Positions 39,893 to 49,946 of a stretch of DNA of 64,000 nt are shown here, piece by piece. Each line of letters opens with the position of its first letter. The stretch's first letter is position 1. The notes below the pieces were generated by a model, which was given only the letters and a program-made list of their open reading frames with translations, was not told the origin of the DNA and searched no databases. The position numbers and the translations under genes were made by a program. Source of the stretch: Longimicrobiales bacterium (GTDB lineage Bacteria > Gemmatimonadota > Gemmatimonadetes > Longimicrobiales > Gaopeijiaceae); NCBI GenBank assembly GCA_965249725.1, contig CBDFMQ010000002.1, positions 2,176,001-2,240,000 on the forward strand, written 5' to 3'.

Positions 39893-41012
39893 CTACGGCG
39901 TTGCTCCTGCCATCGTTGCACCCGCGGCCTCCACCAGCTCGATGGCGAGCCGATCGAGGTCCTCGATCATAAAAGCACGCGTGTCTCCGAACGGGTGCGG
40001 TTCCTCCAGAATCGTCACGCCCTCCTGCTGCAGTCGGGCAAACCACTCGTCCAGGTCCTCGACCGTGAAGGCCACGTGGTCGTACACCTGCCCCCGTGAC
40101 GGAACGAGCGGCTGGTCGGTGCCACAACGCACGCCGACACATTGGCGGGGATAGGCCGACATGCTCCCGTTCGCGAATCGCCACGGTGCCTTGAGGCCCC
40201 CGGATCGTCCCGACGGACTCCAGAGACGGCCAACTCGGCTCTGCTGTCTCGACCCCGCATGGGTCGTAGAGAGGTCGACGCGACTCTGCCCCGGATTCGT
40301 CTCGCAGGGGCGGCAGGTCCATCCCCAGGTGCTCCACGTACCAGTTGGCGGCACAGAGCGGCTGCTCATGGTAGAAGTGCACGTGCGCGAAGGAATCGAG
40401 TGTGTTCGGCCCTCCCGAGATCTCGAACAGCGCGCCGTCCGGCCCGAGCACGTAGCTGAACCCGCCGTCCTGCGGTCCGGCCGCCTCGGCCTCGGCAATC
40501 TGTGCTTCCGTGCGGATTCCTGCGTACGGGGCGAGTCCCGAACGCCACACTCCTTGGTCGTCGGTGGAGGACGTGAAGAGGGGCAGATGATCTATGCCGA
40601 CGGCGGCCAACCGCTCCCGCACGTCGGTCGTATTGGTGTTGGCTCCGATGTGCCAGAAGGCGCTCTGAGCCTCGGCCCGATCCAAGTCCTCCCAATAGGC
40701 TCCCGGAGGGGGCGTATCCACTCGATTGAAGAGGACGTACATGTCGCCCTCCACGGCGGGGTATCCTGCGACCTCGGTCCTCGAGGCCTCAGGCCAGACC
40801 TTGAGATACCACTCGATCGCCGCGTCAGGGTCCACCGAGTTGAGCATCACGTGATGCAGGCTCGGCATCGAAGAGACAGACGTGGCCTCGGCCGATGCAC
40901 CTGAACCATCCGGCACCTCGCCGGGGGAACATGATCCCGAAACAGCCACCGATCCGGCCACGATCAACGCCGCAGCCTGGAGGCCGCGGCGCCCTCCTCG
41001 AACGTTCTTCAT
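39893..41012 (-). CDS. VOC/glyoxalase family lipoprotein, split by a +1 frameshift near 40181
   Basis: N-terminal frame has LHHVMLNSVDP, FWHIG and FAHVHFYHE. Removing one G (GTGGCGATTC to GTGCGATTC) joins it to VRFANGSM...DHVAFTVEDLDEW...LAIELVE. Confidence 0.75.
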
Positions 41013-41156
41013 CTTCCCGTTCCCCCGTCAGCAGGAACGTCCATGATCTCACCAGGCTCGGCGACCGTCAAACCCGACTTCCTCCTTGCGGCGTCGGCTG
41101 TCAGATCGTACCGATCGGGCAGTTCGGGCCCCTTTTCCCAAGCTGGATCGTCAACG

Positions 41157-42260
41157 ATGCACAACGCCCTGCGCGGCTCCCCGCAACGTCATCCCTTACT
41201 CACCGTGCTCGCGTGCACGGCGGTGATTACCTGGACTCCCCTTCCGAGCTCTGCTCAGGAGGCCTCCTCCGACTCTCTGCCCACGGTCGTCGTGCTCTCA
41301 ACCGGTGGAACGATCGCCAGCGTCTACGACCCGGAGCGCGGCGGATTCGCCCCCGCCCTGAGTGGCGAGGACCTGATTTCGGCCGTTCCGGGGATCGACG
41401 ATGTCGCCCAACTGGAGGTGGAGCAGATCGCTAACATCGCAAGCACCGACATGACGCCTGCGATCTGGCTCGAGATCTCGCGCCGGTCCGAGGCCTTGTT
41501 GGCCCGCCCCGACGTGGCGGGGGTCATCGTGACCCACGGCACGGACACCCTCGAGGAGACGGCCTTCTTCCTCGACCTCACGGTCAACAGCACCAAACCC
41601 GTGATCCTCGTGGGAGCACAGCGAGCGGCGTCGGAGCCGGACAGCGACGGGCCCAGGAACTTGGGCGATGCGGTCCGTGTGGCCGTGTCGGAGGCCGCCC
41701 TCGGGATGGGCACCTTGGTCGTGATGAATGGAGAGATCAACGCGGCCAGGGAAGTCACCAAGACCCACACCATGCGCGTTGAGACGTTCAGATCCCTCGA
41801 ATATGGCCGACTCGGAACCGTCGACCCCGACGGTGTTCGTTTCTACCGAGCTCCGCTGAGACGGCAGTCCGTTCCCCTCGCAGCCAACGCCGATTTGGGG
41901 CGAGTCGAGATCGTATCGACGTACGCCGGAGCCGACGGTCGCGTGGTGCGCGGGATCATGGCCATGGGTGGTCTCGACGGTCTGATCGTCGAAGCCGCGG
42001 GCGTGGGCAACCTGGCCGGCGCATTGTTCGAGGCGCTCGTCGAGGTACGGGATGCGGGGATCCCGGTCGTCGTCAGCACCCGGGTCACCACGGGGCGCAC
42101 ACTCCCGCTCTACGCCGGCAAGGGGAGCGGCGTGAGCCTTAGTGAGATCGGATGCATCTTCGCGGACAATCTCAGTCCCCAGAAAGCGCGCGTGCTCTTG
42201 TTGGCGGCCCTGGCCGCATCATCCGGCGACGAGGAGCTGGAAGCGTATTTCGCGCGCTGA
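41157..42260 (+). CDS. L-asparaginase (type II-like, exported)
   Basis: STGGTIAS, VTHGTDTLEET, SDGPRNL, LSPQKAR; N-terminal signal-like sequence. Confidence 0.93.
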   Translation: MHNALRGSPQRHPLLTVLACTAVITWTPLPSSAQEASSDSLPTVVVLSTGGTIASVYDPERGGFAPALSGEDLISAVPGIDDVAQLEVEQIANIASTDMTPAIWLEISRRSEALLARPDVAGVIVTHGTDTLEETAFFLDLTVNSTKPVILVGAQRAASEPDSDGPRNLGDAVRVAVSEAALGMGTLVVMNGEINAAREVTKTHTMRVETFRSLEYGRLGTVDPDGVRFYRAPLRRQSVPLAANADLGRVEIVSTYAGADGRVVRGIMAMGGLDGLIVEAAGVGNLAGALFEALVEVRDAGIPVVVSTRVTTGRTLPLYAGKGSGVSLSEIGCIFADNLSPQKARVLLLAALAASSGDEELEAYFAR

Positions 42261-42405
42261 CCCCCTTCACACGGGCATGGTCAGCCCGTAGAAGCGACCT
42301 TGGACGCAGGTGTGGATTCACCAGGAAGGACATGCCCCGACAGTAGCCTCATGTCCCGAGCGGAGCCACGGGCACACTCGGGTTCCAACCATCCTCCGTT
42401 TTAGG

Positions 42406-42460
42406 CCGTCTAGTGTTGTAGACGGTCTACCATTGTAGGCGATCTACAATTACTGTAGAC
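42406..42460. promoter_or_regulatory. Three tandem palindromic boxes, putative PadR operator array
   Basis: ccgtcta-gtgttg-tagacgg, gtctac-catt-gtaggc and tctaca-attac-tgtaga, 40-100 nt upstream of the PadR gene. Confidence 0.55.
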
Positions 42461-42502
42461 GCCCCACAGTCGCAGACAGACAGCGGAGAATCGGCCGAAC
42501 CA

Positions 42503-42835
42503 ATGACAGACTCGAAGAGGGACCTTCTGCAAGGCACGCTCGACCTGTTGATCCTCAAGACGCTGGCGACGGAATCCCTTCACGGCTGGGGGGTGGCGAA
42601 GCGGATTCAGCAGGCGTCGGGGGACGTACTGCGCATCAACCAGGGGTCCCTCTACCCCGCCCTGTATCGACTCAAGGAGAAGGGGCTCGTCCGAGCCCGC
42701 TGGGGAGAGTCGACCGACGGACGTCGAGTGAAGCTCTACTCGCTCACGGCGGCCGGAGAGAAGCGGTTCAAGACGGCCAGCCAGGACTGGAGATCCGCCT
42801 CGACCGCGGTAAACGACGTACTGGCGATGACCTAG
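42503..42835 (+). CDS. PadR family transcriptional regulator (acidobacterial type)
   Basis: DLLQGTLDLLILKTL, HGWG, QGSLYPALYRL, RRVKLYSLT. Confidence 0.93.
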   Translation: MTDSKRDLLQGTLDLLILKTLATESLHGWGVAKRIQQASGDVLRINQGSLYPALYRLKEKGLVRARWGESTDGRRVKLYSLTAAGEKRFKTASQDWRSASTAVNDVLAMT

Positions 42836-42845
42836 GGAGGCGATC

Positions 42846-45524
42846 GTGGATTGGATGTGGAGATGGGTGATGAAGGTGCGCGACCTGTTCTTCGGTCGTC
42901 GTTGGGATCGCGAAGTGGAACAGGAGATGGCGTTCCACATCGAGATGGACATCAAGGAGCGCGTCCGCCGAGGGACGGACCCTGCTGAGGCACGCCGCAC
43001 CGCGCTCGTAGCGTTCGGCGGCGCGGAGCGCTTCCATCAGCAAGCCCGCGAAGGCCGATGGGGAAACACGGCGGACACATTGCTCCAAGACGTTCGGTAC
43101 GCCGTCCGGGGACTGATCAAGAACCCCGGCTTCGCGCTCGCGGCAATTTTGACGCTGGCCCTCGGCATTGGCGCCAACACGGCCATGTTCAGCGTCGTAA
43201 ACACGGTGCTTCTGCAGCCCCTTCCCTACGCCGACGCGGACGAGGTCGTGCGAATCCAGAACAGCTGGGCGGGCTCTCCCAAGGCCTCGATCTCACCGGC
43301 CGAGTTCTTGGACTTCGAGCAGCGACTCGAGGGCTTCTCGGCCATGGGTGTCTACTCGTTCGGCGCGGTCAACGTCACGGGCGACGGAGAACCCGTACGG
43401 ATCTCTGCGGCCTTCCTATCGTCCGGGGTCTTCCCCGCCCTGGGCGCGACCGCAGCCATCGGGCGTGTCTTCAACCGGGACGAGGACCTCGCGGACGCGC
43501 CTCTCCTGATGATCAGTAGCGGTTTCTGGAGGGACCGGTTCGCCGGCGCGCCCGACGTGATCGGGCGTACGCTCAACTGGAACGATCACGAATACGAGAT
43601 CATCGGGGTCATGCGCCCGGATTTCCGCCTGCCCGAGCTCCTCACCTCGACCACGCCCGTGCAACTCTACGTGCCGGCGGGAATCACACCGGCCACCGTC
43701 ACCAGTCGCGGCAATCACTACCTGAACGGCGTCGCTCGAAGGGCCCCTGATGTGAGCCAGATCAGGGCCGCCCGGGCCGTGCAGGAGTTGGCGGCCACCA
43801 TGGTGCAGGATTACCCCGACGCCTACCCCGTGGACATGCAGTTCACGGCAACGGCCGTTCCGCTGGCCCAGGACGTCACGGGCGACGTGCGTTCACTGCT
43901 CTGGATCCTCTTCGGATCGGTAGGCTTCGTGCTGCTCATCGTAGGAGCCAACGTGGCCAACCTGCTGATCGCTCGAGCCGACGGAAGGGAGAGGGAGTTC
44001 TCGCTTCGCATGGCACTCGGAGCGAACCGCACGCGTATCACGGCCCAACTGGCCGTGGAGAGCATGGTCCTGGCGGTCGTCGGCGGCCTCCTGGGGATCG
44101 TCCTGGCGGTAGCCTCGATGGACGTGCTGGCCTCCCTGGAGGCCACGAACCTGCCTCGTCTAGGCGAAATCCGCCTGGATCGACGCGTACTCGGCTTCGG
44201 CATCGCCGTATCCCTGGCCACCGGGCTGCTCTTCGGATTGGTCCCGGGTCTTCAGGTTTCCCCTTCCCGCCTGGCTGACTCCCTCCGCGAGGGCGGGCGT
44301 TCGGCGACGGGTACGCGCCGGAGTCAGCGACTGCGGCAACTGCTCATCGGAGGCGAGATCGCGTTCGCGGTGGTCCTCCTTTCGGGCGCCGGGCTGCTCA
44401 CCCGCAGTTTCGTGGAGCTCATGGGGGTCGATCCGGGATACCGGAGCGATCAGGTACTCACGACACGGATCACGCTGCCGACCTCCCGATACCGCAGCGA
44501 CGAGGAGCGGAGGACGTTCTTCAGAGAGTTCGTGACCCGGCTGTCGGAGATGCCGGGTGTCCAGGCCGCCGCCGGCGTATCGAACCTGCCGCTAGCCACC
44601 AGCCTCGGCGACCTCAATTTCCGAATCGAGAATCGAGAGATTCCCGAGGGTGCCGTTTCGCCACGCGGCGATTGGCAGATCGTCACGCCCGGCTACTTCG
44701 ATGCCATGGGCATGACGCTGCTCGACGGGCGCGCTATCGACGCACGAGACAACGCCGCCACTCCGGGTGCCGTCGTCGTGAGTGAATCGCTGGCTCGACT
44801 GCACTGGCCGGACAGGCAAGCACTGGGCAAGCGTTTCGTACTGGGCGGTCAGGCGGGTCCCGGCACCGTCACGATCGTCGGGATCGTACGCGATGTCCGA
44901 CATAGCGGCCTCGACGCGTCCCTAATGCCCCAGATGTACCTCGCTCACGAGCAGTTCACGTTCTGGAACGGAGGGAGCGCCGCGGAGGCCCTCTCGATCG
45001 TCGTACGCTCCGGCGCCCCTACCGGAGAGCTACGCACATCAGTCCAGGGCCTGGCACGCTCCATGGATCCGCAACTTCCGCTTTCCACGTTCCGCTCGAT
45101 GGACGAGGTGCGTGCCGCCTCGGTCGCCCAGCCGCGACTGTTGATGATCCTGTTAGGCGGCTTCTCGGTGCTCGCATTGATACTCGCGGCCGTGGGCACC
45201 TACGGCGTCATCGCTTACATGGCGGGAAAGCGCACCGCCGAGTTCGGGGTCCGTCTGGCCCTCGGAGCCCGGCCCGGACAGGTCTCGAGCCTGGTGCTCG
45301 GCGAGGCGCTCCGTCTGGGGGCCGCCGGGATCACGGTAGGCATCCTGGCCACTGTGGCCCTCACTCGAGTCATGGAGGGGCTCCTGTACGGAGTCAGTGC
45401 CCGGGACCCCATCACGCTTCTGGGGGCCGCGGCGATTCTCGGTGCGACAGGCCTCCTGGCGGCTTACCTGCCGGCGGCGCGGGCAACGCGGGTGGATCCG
45501 GTCGAGTCGCTCCGCGCCGACTGA
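42846..45524 (+). CDS. Duplicated orphan ABC permease (ADOP; MacB_PCD/FtsX x2)
   Basis: EMAFHIEM leader; QDVRYAVR...LALGIGANTAMFS; NVANLL...REFSLRMALGA; EFGVRLALGA; PAARATRVDP; follows PadR. Confidence 0.92.
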   Translation: MDWMWRWVMKVRDLFFGRRWDREVEQEMAFHIEMDIKERVRRGTDPAEARRTALVAFGGAERFHQQAREGRWGNTADTLLQDVRYAVRGLIKNPGFALAAILTLALGIGANTAMFSVVNTVLLQPLPYADADEVVRIQNSWAGSPKASISPAEFLDFEQRLEGFSAMGVYSFGAVNVTGDGEPVRISAAFLSSGVFPALGATAAIGRVFNRDEDLADAPLLMISSGFWRDRFAGAPDVIGRTLNWNDHEYEIIGVMRPDFRLPELLTSTTPVQLYVPAGITPATVTSRGNHYLNGVARRAPDVSQIRAARAVQELAATMVQDYPDAYPVDMQFTATAVPLAQDVTGDVRSLLWILFGSVGFVLLIVGANVANLLIARADGREREFSLRMALGANRTRITAQLAVESMVLAVVGGLLGIVLAVASMDVLASLEATNLPRLGEIRLDRRVLGFGIAVSLATGLLFGLVPGLQVSPSRLADSLREGGRSATGTRRSQRLRQLLIGGEIAFAVVLLSGAGLLTRSFVELMGVDPGYRSDQVLTTRITLPTSRYRSDEERRTFFREFVTRLSEMPGVQAAAGVSNLPLATSLGDLNFRIENREIPEGAVSPRGDWQIVTPGYFDAMGMTLLDGRAIDARDNAATPGAVVVSESLARLHWPDRQALGKRFVLGGQAGPGTVTIVGIVRDVRHSGLDASLMPQMYLAHEQFTFWNGGSAAEALSIVVRSGAPTGELRTSVQGLARSMDPQLPLSTFRSMDEVRAASVAQPRLLMILLGGFSVLALILAAVGTYGVIAYMAGKRTAEFGVRLALGARPGQVSSLVLGEALRLGAAGITVGILATVALTRVMEGLLYGVSARDPITLLGAAAILGATGLLAAYLPAARATRVDPVESLRAD

Positions 45525-45599
45525 GGCACCGGGAAGCCACCCGGGAGCGACGGTCGTCAGACCCGTGCACGGGGCCCGTGGATCCCATATTCTGACAGG

Positions 45600-46291
45600 A
45601 TGAAGACCCCTGTGATCTACCGACTGCGACCGGCACGCGTCGCGATGGTCCTCGGACTCATCCTCGCGGTGCTGGTCGTCGTCCATGTCATCGCCATGCA
45701 GATCATCTTCAACGACGATCTGGCCTTCACCGACCAGTGGGGACTGGAGTACTGGCACTTCTCCATCTTGGATCTGGACGAAGAGGCGAGCTTCGGCACC
45801 TGGTATAGCGCGGTGATCCTCCTGGTGGCGGGTCGTCTGCTCCTCGCACGGGCACGAATGCTCCGCGACGATTCAGACAAGTGGCACCCGTGGTGGCTCC
45901 TTCTGGGGATCGGCTTCCACATCCTGTCCATCGACGAGGTCGTCGGCATGCATGAGCTCCTGAACACGCTCATGGAGGACGCCCCGTGGACGGTGGTGGG
46001 GTTCTGGATCGTGGGGCTCGTCGGTCTGTCTTACATCCCGTTTCTCTGGCAGTACCGGTGGCGGCCGGCCTCTTCCTCCTGGCCGGAGCCATCTACGCCG
46101 GCGGAGCGGTGGGCGTGGAGCACTGGACGGGCGCCGACGTCAACTCGCTCCACTACAACATGTGGACCACGCTGGAAGAGGGCATGGAGATGGCAGGCGT
46201 GGTCGTCTTCATCTACGCGCTATTGGACTTCATGCCAGGGAGTGGGGACGGCGGGGGAAGCCTTCGCCTCGAGCTGAGCAGCGACGTCTAA
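45600..46291 (+). CDS. Multi-pass membrane protein, frameshifted near 46063
   Basis: DLDEEASFGTWYS and SIDEVVGMHE in one frame continue as AGLFLLAGAIYAGGAVGVE...TLEEGMEMAG in another; adding one base restores a single ORF. Confidence 0.7.
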
Positions 46292-46308
46292 CGGAGCCCC
46301 GCGACGCA

Positions 46309-47238
46309 TCACAGCTCCAGCTCCCAGGTCTCCTCCATCATGTCTCCACCGAAGCTGGAGTGGGGCTGCTGGTGCACCAGCTTGAAACCCAGATCAGAGT
46401 AGATCCGTCGGGCGGCGCGCAGAACGTCGTAGGTCCACAGAGTGAGGCGGTGGTACCCTGCCTGCTGCGCGAACCGGATGCACTCCTCCACCAGTCGGCG
46501 TCCGATCCCCAACCCTCGTGCCTCCGGCCCCACGAGAAGCATCCGTAGCCTGGCAACCTCGTCGGACTCTCTGACGCAGAAGACGGACCCGACGTTCTGA
46601 CCGTCCTTCTCCGCAATCCAACACCGCTCCCGAGCAGGGTCTTGATTCTGTACGAAGCTCGCGACGACCTCGGCCGTCAGTCCTTCGAACCAGTCCTCCC
46701 AACCGAACTCGTTCACGTAGAGGATGCCGTGCTGACGGACGACCCAACCCATGTCTCCCGGGCAAGGCGGGCGAAGCAGGTAGGCCGCGGCTGGCTGAGC
46801 TCCCCCACCGAGCAGCGTCACGATCGTATCCATGGCGTCGACGAGCCTTCGTCGGTCCTGGTCCACGAGGGGGCCCACCAGTTGGGCCACCGAGGCCTGG
46901 GCGATCTGGTCCAGCTCACTGCGCGCGGAGCGACCGGCCGCCGTCAGTGCCAGCAGCGTGCTGCGGCGATCTTCCATCGAGGGCCGCTTCTCCACTGTTC
47001 CGTCCCCGTGTAGACGGGCCAGCATCCGACTCATGTGTCCAGCACCGATACCGAGGGCCTTTCTCAGGGCCGTCGCCGTCGTCGGTTCGGAGAGTGCCAA
47101 CTCGACGATGATGCGTGCCTCGGCTTGGGAGAATCGACCGTCCGGCGCCCCATGCTCGAGCGCTCGCGTACGATCACCATAGAAGCGATGGAACCGACGG
47201 ACGGCATCGATCGTTCGGGACATATCGGTCTCAGTCAT
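46309..47238 (-). CDS. Bifunctional MarR HTH / GNAT acetyltransferase
   Basis: VRRFHRFY, wHTH with DRRS..L.LT; GNAT region GDMGWVV..HG, RMLLVGPEARGLGIG, LWT..L.AARRIY. Confidence 0.9.
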   Translation of the reverse strand: MTETDMSRTIDAVRRFHRFYGDRTRALEHGAPDGRFSQAEARIIVELALSEPTTATALRKALGIGAGHMSRMLARLHGDGTVEKRPSMEDRRSTLLALTAAGRSARSELDQIAQASVAQLVGPLVDQDRRRLVDAMDTIVTLLGGGAQPAAAYLLRPPCPGDMGWVVRQHGILYVNEFGWEDWFEGLTAEVVASFVQNQDPARERCWIAEKDGQNVGSVFCVRESDEVARLRMLLVGPEARGLGIGRRLVEECIRFAQQAGYHRLTLWTYDVLRAARRIYSDLGFKLVHQQPHSSFGGDMMEETWELEL

Positions 47239-47290
47239 GCTCGAGCTCCGACGGTGTGAGAGGACCACGCTACTGAGGATATCGGTGATG

Positions 47291-47331
47291 TCATTGCCTG
47301 CGTCAACTATATAGTTGCCGTAGACAACCAT
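47291..47331. promoter_or_regulatory. Putative MarR operator between divergent genes
   Basis: Perfect palindrome caactatatagttg (47304-47317), formed by two adjacent ttg-N-caac boxes in an AT-rich patch. Confidence 0.5.
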
Positions 47332-47450
47332 AGAAAAAATGTCCTTGGTGCGCTGCCGGGGCTGGCCGGGGCGATCTCTCCCCCGTACGATCGGTACGTA
47401 TTCCGGGTGGGTGGTGGTGGTGAGGGCGGATTCCGAAAGTTGGAGATTGA

Positions 47451-48071
47451 ATGGGCAAGCAACCCCTCGCACTGCTCCTCGTGCTGGCCGGCGCTGCCGT
47501 ATCGGCAGCGTGTGACGCCATGCCACGGGAGCGGGTCATGATGGGACCACACGACGGACTCGATCTTCCGGCCGTGGATACGGGACGCGTGGCAGTCGGA
47601 GACGTGGCTCCGAACTTCTCGGCTGTGACCTACGACGGGCCGGTCGTCACCCTCTCGGACTATCGAGCCGACAAGAACGTCGTTCTCGTCTTCTACCGCG
47701 GCCACTGGTGACCATGGTGCGCCGGTCAGCTCGGGAAGCTGAGAGAACTGCTAACGCCGGAACAGTTGGACGGCACCGAGATTCTCGCTGTCTCCGTGGA
47801 TGACCACGAGAAGCAGCAGATGATGATCGACCGTGTCGCGAAAGACGACGGCATACTCATCGAGTTTCAACTGCTCTCGGATCCGGAGCACCGCATCATC
47901 GACCGGTACGGGTTGTTCAATCCCGACGAAGCGAAGATGAGGCCGGTGCCCCACCCCACTGTGTTTGTCCTCGACCGTGAGGGCGTCGTGCAGTGGAAGT
48001 CCATTGAGATCGACTACCGTGTACGCCCCACCAACGAGGACATCCTCGGCGCGTTGTCGGCTCTGGACTGA
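47451..48071 (+). CDS. Peroxiredoxin-like (AhpC/TSA) selenoprotein with UxxC motif, lipoprotein
   Basis: ORFs 47451-47711 and 47766-48071 are one frame: FYRGHW-TGA-PWCAGQL...ILAVSVD...LLSDP...PHPTVFVLD. TGA 47709-47711 sits at the first Cys of CxxC; lipobox SAAC. Confidence 0.88.
47726..47742 (+). promoter_or_regulatory. Putative bacterial SECIS hairpin (Prx-like gene)
   Basis: tcagct-cggga-agctga, 14 nt after the in-frame TGA. Confidence 0.6.
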
Positions 48072-48124
48072 TCCCGGCTAGCCGCCCGATCCGGGAACAC
48101 TGGCCCAAACGGAGAGGAATCTGC

Positions 48125-49894
48125 ATGAAGCCGGCGATCCTGTTGATCGGCTGCGCCTTGGTCGGGGCCGTCCCGGCCACGTCACAGACGCCGACCGCGG
48201 TTGCGGAGGGGGTGGCCGTGCTTTCGGCCACAGGAGACGTAGCCGCTCCGGGTCCGAACGCCGGATGGGTGGAGTTGGACGGCTATCTGATTCTGATAGA
48301 CGCAGACCCTGACGCCGTCGCACCCTCGACGATCGACGTCGCTCTCCGCTCGACAGGAAAACCCGTGCGATTCGTCGCCCGCACCTTGGGCGGCCCGGAC
48401 GGTCCCGTCTTACGCCTTCCGTCGGGCGCCACGCTCGAATCCGGCGGACGTCGAGTGGAGCTTCACCCCATCGACGGGGGGGCGGGGATCGACCTCGCCG
48501 TCTACGTGCGCGACACCGGCACCCTGTTCGCAGGTGATCTGGTCGGGAGGGGCCGCGGGTCGAATCCGCTTCCGATCGACGCCTGGATCCGATCCCTGCG
48601 CCGTCTAGAAGGCCTTCGTCCCCGTGCGGTGGTTCCCGGACGGGGTCGGGTGGAGGGCCCGGAGGTGCTCGAGACGACGCGCACGGCCCTAGAGAATATC
48701 AAGGGACAAATTGCAGAGGCGATGGCCACCGGGAGAAGCCGGGCACAGGTGATGAGCGCGATGCGACCGGGTGATCTCCGGGTCCTTCCGGACGGTACGG
48801 TTGATGCGGTCTACGACGAACTGACCGGTATCCGGCCCGCCACAGCCTTCGTTGAAGGGCTCGGGCTGCGAGAGGGCCCCTCCCCCACCGCCGCCTCTCC
48901 CGGCTGGACCCGACCCACCAAGGTGGTGGTCGCCGACTTCTGGCCGGGCCGCACCGAACAACTCGCCTTGGTCGCACCCGGCGTGAACGTAGTCGTGGCA
49001 GCCACCCCCGCCGAGGCCGCCGAAGTCGGGCGCGACGCAGATGCCATCCTGGGATGGCTCACGCCCGAGATCTTCAATGGCTCGCGGAACTTGCGATGGG
49101 TCCAACTCAACGCCGCCGGTGTGGAGAGCTATGTCACCATCCCCGGCTTCGCGGAGAGTGACGTGGTCCTGTCCAATGCCCAGCGGATCTTCGGTCCGGG
49201 AGGCGCGGAGCACGTCCTGGGCATGGTGCTGGCGCTGAGCCGCCGACTCCACACTGCCCTGACCTTGCAACAGCAGCGCCGGTGGGACATCACTCCCCTC
49301 ACCGGTCCCACGCCCTACGAGGGAGCCGGCAGCGAGCTGCTCGAGCTTCGGGGCCGAACGCTTCTGGTCGTGGGGTTGGGGGGGATCGGTACTGAAGTGG
49401 CGCGTGTGGCGAGCGGCATCGGCATGAGGGTCATCGCCACGCGCGGGAGCAGCCGTAACGGACCATCCTTCGTGGATTACGTGGGGCTGTCTTCCGAACT
49501 CCTGGACCTGACACCCGAGGCCGACGTGATCGTAAACGCCGTCCCGCTCACAGCGGTCACGGAGAGGATGTTCGACGATGCGTTCTTCGCCGCGACCAAA
49601 CCCACGGCGTTCTTCGTCAACATCGGGCGGGGCCGCACGGTAGACACCGACGCCCTCGTGCGAGCTCTTCGTGAGGGGCGAATCGCCGGGGCAGGCCTCG
49701 ACGTGACCGAGCCAGAGCCGCTCCCGGTCGACCACGAGCTATGGGGCATGCCCAACGTTCTCATCACACCTCATCTGGGTGGGGACGGCGATGGGCATAT
49801 GGAGCGCATGTGGCTGCTGTTTCGCGAGAACCTCCGACGCTTCGTGAACGGGGAGCCTCTCCTCGCGGTCGTCGACAAACGCCGCGGGTATTAG
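48125..49894 (+). CDS. Exported D-2-hydroxyacid dehydrogenase fused to a degenerate MBL-fold N-terminal domain
   Basis: C-terminal GLGGIG, NIGRG, GLDVTEPEPL and TPH; N-terminal NAGWVE, KPVRFV, LFAGDL and VVPG without HxHxDH. Confidence 0.8.
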   Translation: MKPAILLIGCALVGAVPATSQTPTAVAEGVAVLSATGDVAAPGPNAGWVELDGYLILIDADPDAVAPSTIDVALRSTGKPVRFVARTLGGPDGPVLRLPSGATLESGGRRVELHPIDGGAGIDLAVYVRDTGTLFAGDLVGRGRGSNPLPIDAWIRSLRRLEGLRPRAVVPGRGRVEGPEVLETTRTALENIKGQIAEAMATGRSRAQVMSAMRPGDLRVLPDGTVDAVYDELTGIRPATAFVEGLGLREGPSPTAASPGWTRPTKVVVADFWPGRTEQLALVAPGVNVVVAATPAEAAEVGRDADAILGWLTPEIFNGSRNLRWVQLNAAGVESYVTIPGFAESDVVLSNAQRIFGPGGAEHVLGMVLALSRRLHTALTLQQQRRWDITPLTGPTPYEGAGSELLELRGRTLLVVGLGGIGTEVARVASGIGMRVIATRGSSRNGPSFVDYVGLSSELLDLTPEADVIVNAVPLTAVTERMFDDAFFAATKPTAFFVNIGRGRTVDTDALVRALREGRIAGAGLDVTEPEPLPVDHELWGMPNVLITPHLGGDGDGHMERMWLLFRENLRRFVNGEPLLAVVDKRRGY

Positions 49895-49946
49895 GCGGGT
49901 ACTGAGTAGGAGTCCCAAAGGGATGGACGTTGAACCAGGAGGGTGG

